Origin: Eubacteriales bacterium
GTDB taxonomy: Bacteria > Bacillota > Clostridia > Oscillospirales > QAKW01
NCBI GenBank assembly: GCA_045541555.1
Contig: JAZQJH010000010.1
Location: forward strand, 9,346 to 73,345
Length of the DNA: 64,000 nucleotides
Reading direction: 5' to 3'
Shown here: one piece after another, positions 59,671-64,000 of the stretch
Numbering within the stretch: position 1 is the stretch's first letter
How the letters are laid out: each line of letters starts with the position of its first letter
Notes under the pieces: model-generated
What the model was told of the DNA's origin: nothing
What the model saw: only the letters and a program-made list of their open reading frames with translations
The model's database searches: none
Position numbers and translations under genes: made by a program

Positions 59671-60336
59671 ATGTTTTTATATGAAATGCATTGTCATACG
59701 TCGGAAGGGAGTCGATGTGCGTCTGTTTCCGGCGAGGAATTGGCGCCGCTCTATGCAAGCAAAGGTTACCGCGGCGTTGTGGTGACAGATCATTTTTACG
59801 GTGGAAATACTGCGGTCGAGCGAGATCAGTCTTGGGATAGATGGGTGAATGGTCTTGCCAAGGGATACGAGGCAATGAAGAGATCCGGCGAGCGGCATGG
59901 ACTTCAGGTGTTTTTTGGCTGGGAGTTCCATGATAATGGGACGGAGTTTCTGACCTATGGGTTGGATAAAGAATGGTTGCTGGCACATCCGGAATTGAAG
60001 AATATTGATCTGGAGCACTATTGTGAGATGGTGCGAAAGGATGGCGGTATTTTAATTCATGCCCACCCTTTTCGGCAGAGGGACGCAAGGAAGACGATAC
60101 GTCTATTGCCCGGACTGACCGATGGGGTAGAGACGGTAAATAAATGTAATCAACCGAAGGCAAATTTTTTAGCCGATCAATATGCAGAGAATTTTGGTTT
60201 GATGAAGATTGGAGGTACAGATCTCCATAATCAATCGCATTTTTCGACACTTGGCGGCGTGGCGATGCCCTTCGAAATCAAAGAAATCAAGGAACTATTT
60301 GAAGAGGCGCGAAAGAAAACGATTCGCATCTTATGA
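59671..60336 (+). CDS. PHP-domain metal-dependent phosphoesterase
   Basis: MHCHTSEGSRCA, VVTDH and IHAHPFR. Confidence 0.75.
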   Translation: MFLYEMHCHTSEGSRCASVSGEELAPLYASKGYRGVVVTDHFYGGNTAVERDQSWDRWVNGLAKGYEAMKRSGERHGLQVFFGWEFHDNGTEFLTYGLDKEWLLAHPELKNIDLEHYCEMVRKDGGILIHAHPFRQRDARKTIRLLPGLTDGVETVNKCNQPKANFLADQYAENFGLMKIGGTDLHNQSHFSTLGGVAMPFEIKEIKELFEEARKKTIRIL

Positions 60337-60380
60337 AATGCCCGGAAAGTAATTTTACTTTCCGGGCATTTTGGCTTTTC
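60337..60380 (+). terminator. Intrinsic terminator
   Basis: A 14-bp stem aatgcccggaaagt / actttccgggcatt followed by ttggcttttc. Confidence 0.75.
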
Positions 60381-60438
60381 GGATAATTCAACTTTGATTT
60401 TAGTTGTTCATAGAATGAAGGGATAAGGAGATGATTAA

Positions 60439-60624
60439 ATGGAACTTCCGGTGAAGAGCGCAACCTATGCAATGAAAGGGAAGCAATTATTGAATCAATA
60501 CGGAATTCGCTCCTATGTTGGAAAACGAAGTGGAGATTCCGGGTGCTATTACTATCTGAATATTGCCGAAAAGGATTTAGCATATGCCCGTCAGGTTTTA
60601 GCGAACGAAAATATTATAAAATGA
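60439..60624 (+). CDS. Small DUF3343-like (putative S/Se carrier-like) protein
   Basis: 61 aa, immediately upstream of a class V aminotransferase. The internal SGCYYYL resembles the conserved Cys segment. Weak assignment. Confidence 0.4.
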   Translation: MELPVKSATYAMKGKQLLNQYGIRSYVGKRSGDSGCYYYLNIAEKDLAYARQVLANENIIK

Positions 60625-60645
60625 TTGATCTGAATTGAGGGATGA

Positions 60646-61779
60646 ATGATGATTTATTTTGATAACGGCGCGTCTTCGCATCCCAAGCCGCCGTCTGTTG
60701 TGAGAGCGATGGCGGGGTGGCTGCAAAAAAACGGCGCAAATCCCGGTCGAAGCGGTCATAAAATGTCGATGAATGCAGCGGAATTGGTTTATAATACCCG
60801 AGTTGCCATGGGAAATCTTTTTGGGGTTGATAAGCCTGAAAATGTGGTGTTAGTTCCCAATGCGACCTTTGCCTTGAATACGGTTTTGCTGGGCCTTTTC
60901 GAAAAGGGCGATCATGTGATCACCACAGATTTGGAGCATAATAGTGTTCTGCGTCCCTTGTGGCATCTGCAAAGTAAAGGGGTAGAGGTGACTGTTGTAC
61001 GGGTGGACTTTGAGGATGATGAGCGTACTTTGGAGCGGATCTTGAAAGCAATCCGTCCGAAAACCAAGGCAATAATATGCACACATTGCTCCAATATATG
61101 CGGTCGTATTCTGCCTGTTCAGCAACTGGCGGAACGAAAGCCAGGGGCGGTTTTGCTGATCGTGGATGGTTCGCAAGGCGCCGGCACATTACCGATAAAC
61201 ATTGTGAAAAGCGGTATTGATTATTATTGCGCCCCCTCTCATAAAGGTCTTTTGGGTCCCCAAGGAGGCGGGATTATTTTAATCAATAATCGCTCTCCGC
61301 GTCCGTTGGTTTTTGGCGGAACCGGGACGGAAAGCTTCAATCCTGAGCAACCGGCAGAACTTCCGGAACGCTTGGAAAGCGGCACTTTGCCGACACCAAT
61401 CTGCGCCGGAATGCTGGCGGGTGCACAGTATATCGATGAGATGGGGCAAGAAAAGCTTCATTCTCATAAAAGAGCATTGACCGATTATGCTTATGAGCAG
61501 CTTGCTTGTGTCCCGGGAATTGAACTGTATATGCGCCCCTATTCAAAGCATTGTATCGGGGTTATCCCGTTTAATCTTTCAGGGCGACATTCCGGTGATG
61601 TGATTTCCTATTTGAACGAGAAAGAAATCTATGCGCGCGGCGGCATTCATTGTGCACCGCTCTTCCATCAACGGATGGGAACAGAGAAGCGCGGAATGGT
61701 ACGAATCAGCTTTGGCTGTTTTAATCATGATCGGGAAGTGGATCAATTGGTGCGAACTCTTAAAAATTTTACAAAATAA
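60646..61779 (+). CDS. Class V aminotransferase-fold PLP enzyme (cysteine desulfurase/selenocysteine lyase-like)
   Basis: IYFDNGASS, the PLP-lysine segment SHKGLLGPQGGG, and the C-terminal segment ARGGIHCAP with a Cys. Confidence 0.85.
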   Translation: MMIYFDNGASSHPKPPSVVRAMAGWLQKNGANPGRSGHKMSMNAAELVYNTRVAMGNLFGVDKPENVVLVPNATFALNTVLLGLFEKGDHVITTDLEHNSVLRPLWHLQSKGVEVTVVRVDFEDDERTLERILKAIRPKTKAIICTHCSNICGRILPVQQLAERKPGAVLLIVDGSQGAGTLPINIVKSGIDYYCAPSHKGLLGPQGGGIILINNRSPRPLVFGGTGTESFNPEQPAELPERLESGTLPTPICAGMLAGAQYIDEMGQEKLHSHKRALTDYAYEQLACVPGIELYMRPYSKHCIGVIPFNLSGRHSGDVISYLNEKEIYARGGIHCAPLFHQRMGTEKRGMVRISFGCFNHDREVDQLVRTLKNFTK

Positions 61780-61851
61780 AATAGAAAAAACTATTTATTT
61801 TACTAAATAGTTATGTTATAATACAATAGAGAAATAATTTTCGGGAAAAGA

Positions 61852-62697
61852 ATGGAGACGCCGATGTTTGCTGATTTTTTTGATCATGTGGTAAATGTGA
61901 TCCGGACCATCCAATTTAAAGATTGTATCGACATCCTGGTTGTCGCTTATCTGATTTACAGTGTTTTGAACTTTATTAAGCAGACGAGAGCCGGGCATCT
62001 TTTGCGTGGTCTGGCGGCGTTGCTGATCCTTATCGTGCTGGCAGAGGTGCTTGAGTTGAGCGCGGTGGGTTATCTGATGAATAATGTCCTGCAGTTGAGC
62101 TTTATTACTATCATTATCGTTTTTCAGCCGGAACTTCGTTCTTTGCTGGAAAAATTGGGGCGGATCAATCTTTCCAAGGTACTTCCGTTTTCCAAAGGCC
62201 TTGATAGTGAAAAAGAGCGGATCACCTCCGGGATCGAGGGCATCTGCGATTGCTGCTCGGATCTTTCTAATCGAAAAATCGGCGGCTTGATCGTCCTGGA
62301 ACGGACGACTAAGCTGGGTGATGTGGAGATGACCGGCATCAGCATGAATTGCGATCTCTCTGCGCAGGCCTTGGTGACTATCTTTTTCCCCAATACGCCG
62401 TTGCATGACGGTGCAGTGTTTATCCGCGATTTTCGAATTGTTTCCGCCGGTTGCCTGCTGCCGTTGAGTCAGCGTCTGGAGATCAGCAAGGCTTTGGGTA
62501 CTCGTCACCGCGCTGCAGTGGGTCTGAGCGAGATTTCGGATGCTTTGGTAGTGGTCGTCTCGGAGGAGACCGGAAAGATTTCCTATGCTTCCAATGGCGA
62601 GATCCATATCGGGGTTTCCTCGGATGAATTGCGCAGTGTCTTGATGGATACGTTCCTCTCTGATAAGGAAAAGAAAACGGCGGAGGTGGAAGCATGA
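61852..62697 (+). CDS. cdaA: Diadenylate cyclase CdaA
   Basis: Three N-terminal TM helices, and a DAC domain with DGAVFI and GTRHRAAVGLSE...VVSEETGKIS. Confidence 0.95.
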   Translation: METPMFADFFDHVVNVIRTIQFKDCIDILVVAYLIYSVLNFIKQTRAGHLLRGLAALLILIVLAEVLELSAVGYLMNNVLQLSFITIIIVFQPELRSLLEKLGRINLSKVLPFSKGLDSEKERITSGIEGICDCCSDLSNRKIGGLIVLERTTKLGDVEMTGISMNCDLSAQALVTIFFPNTPLHDGAVFIRDFRIVSAGCLLPLSQRLEISKALGTRHRAAVGLSEISDALVVVVSEETGKISYASNGEIHIGVSSDELRSVLMDTFLSDKEKKTAEVEA

Positions 62698-63935
62698 ACT
62701 TGATTAAAGATAAACTCCTGCATTTTTTGCGTTACAATTGGCCGATTAAGCTTCTCTCTTTTTTTCTTGCCATCGTTCTTTGGTTTATTATTTGCGAGTA
62801 TGTGGATCCCGATACAGATACCAACGTCAATAATATCAGCATTGCGATGCAGTATGAAGGCTCTGTCCCTCAAAAAGAGGGACTTGGCGTAATGACGTTG
62901 ATTGAAGAAACGGTTTCCGTTCGCGTCAGCGGCTCGCGTGATACTATCGCTTTGATGAATCCCAATAAGATTACGGCATCGGTGGACATCAGCAATGTGA
63001 CCCGAAGCGGGGAATACGATCTTCCCGTAAAGATCGACCTGGGCGGGCAAAACCTGAAGCTGATCGACCAATCGGTGGACACCGTAAAGGTCAAATTTGA
63101 TACGAACATTGTATCCAGCGTCAAGGTGAACGTGGAGGTCAAAGGCGGTGTGGCCGAGGGCTTTATTAAGGAAGATCCAACCATGCTCAATAACTTTGTG
63201 ACAGTGACCGGACCGAAGCAGATTGTGGATACGATCGTATCTGCCGATATTGAGATCGTGCAGGACGTTTTTAAAGAGACCAACACTTTTAGCTGTGCAT
63301 ATACGTTGGTTGACAAGGATAAAAATCCTGTCCCGACGACCTTTTTACAGGTGGATGTTGAAAAGGTGGACGTGACCGTTGCGGTCGTGAAGGAAAAGAC
63401 GGTTCCCCTTAAAGTCAGCGTAGTGAATACGAGCGGTGGTACCGACGCTTCTTTTTGCACTGCCAAGGTTCAACCAGAGAGTATCACCATTACCGGCAAT
63501 GCAGAGGTGTTGGATTCGATCAATGCAATTGATCTTGGCGTCATCGACGTGGCGGAAAAGACAGAGAATTTTGAAACCAGTATTGCGGTTGTTTTGCCCA
63601 ATGGTGTCAAGAACGTCAATAACATTGAGACAGTCAAGGTTTCTGTCGCTTTCAACGATGTGCAGACCCGTACGATTAAAGTGACAAATCTTGCGCTGGA
63701 TAACCTTCCGGACGGAACCCATGCGGCGATCTCCGAAAAGAGTTTGACCATCAAGGTTCGCGGTATTGCAGACGATCTGAAGAAGCTCAGTGCAGAAAAT
63801 GTTTCGCTGGTGGCGGATGTTCGCAGTCAGGTTCTTCCTGAGGGGACGAATCGTTTGAATGCGGTAGCAGTATTTCCGGATGATCTGAAGGTCGGCGCGG
63901 TCGGTAAATATCAGATGACGGTTGTGGTTTCATAA
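62694..63935 (+). CDS. cdaR: CdaA regulatory protein CdaR (YbbR-domain repeats)
   Basis: An N-terminal TM helix followed by four YbbR-like beta-rich repeats. It overlaps cdaA by 4 bp. Confidence 0.85.
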   Translation: MNLIKDKLLHFLRYNWPIKLLSFFLAIVLWFIICEYVDPDTDTNVNNISIAMQYEGSVPQKEGLGVMTLIEETVSVRVSGSRDTIALMNPNKITASVDISNVTRSGEYDLPVKIDLGGQNLKLIDQSVDTVKVKFDTNIVSSVKVNVEVKGGVAEGFIKEDPTMLNNFVTVTGPKQIVDTIVSADIEIVQDVFKETNTFSCAYTLVDKDKNPVPTTFLQVDVEKVDVTVAVVKEKTVPLKVSVVNTSGGTDASFCTAKVQPESITITGNAEVLDSINAIDLGVIDVAEKTENFETSIAVVLPNGVKNVNNIETVKVSVAFNDVQTRTIKVTNLALDNLPDGTHAAISEKSLTIKVRGIADDLKKLSAENVSLVADVRSQVLPEGTNRLNAVAVFPDDLKVGAVGKYQMTVVVS

Positions 63936-63939
63936 AAAG

Positions 63940-63979
63940 TGATCCGACCTTTGCAGAGGCGTGGAGGTCGGATCATTTT
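63940..63979 (+). terminator. Intrinsic terminator after cdaR
   Basis: An 11-bp stem tgatccgacct / aggtcggatca followed by tttta. Confidence 0.65.
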
Positions 63980-64000
63980 ACTTTATATGTTTCAAAGAAA

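Overview
The window looks like a core chromosomal segment of an endospore-forming, H2-producing Firmicute of the class Clostridia, with roughly 50% GC. I base this on gene content only and ran no searches. About 65 genes are packed tightly, almost all on the + strand, many with 4-bp ATGA-type or short overlaps. I saw no rRNA, tRNA, CRISPR array or mobile element.

Gene content from left to right:
- A P-type Ca2+/Mn2+ ATPase sits behind a candidate Mn2+ (yybP-ykoY) riboswitch.
- A compact GerA-type germinant-receptor operon follows.
- Then come lon-engB, scpA-scpB, ytfJ and several cell-wall enzymes: a PBP5-type carboxypeptidase, a GHL10/amidase fusion and a VanY-like enzyme.
- Next are an M16 peptidase pair, lgt, folD, and DUF421/DUF4363.
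- A small-ORF locus carries an unlisted 26-codon spoVM next to a SipL-like DUF3794/LysM gene.
- recJ-relA-dtd, hemZ-like, and ligA-gatB follow.
- The rpmG-secE-nusG-rplKAJL cluster has an L10 leader.
- dus is followed by a convergent serA-serC pair.
- A five-gene regulatory cassette is built around a sensory-type [FeFe]-hydrogenase homologue. It lies directly upstream of an Hnd-like electron-bifurcating [FeFe]-hydrogenase operon.
- The right end carries a divergent P-loop/GT2/PAP2 operon, sigG, and cdaA-cdaR.

The most unusual non-coding signal is a 300-bp intergenic array at 5781-6090. It has 4x GTGATAT followed by 4x AATATAACT, and every spacer is a different perfect mini-hairpin. I cannot assign it to any family I know.
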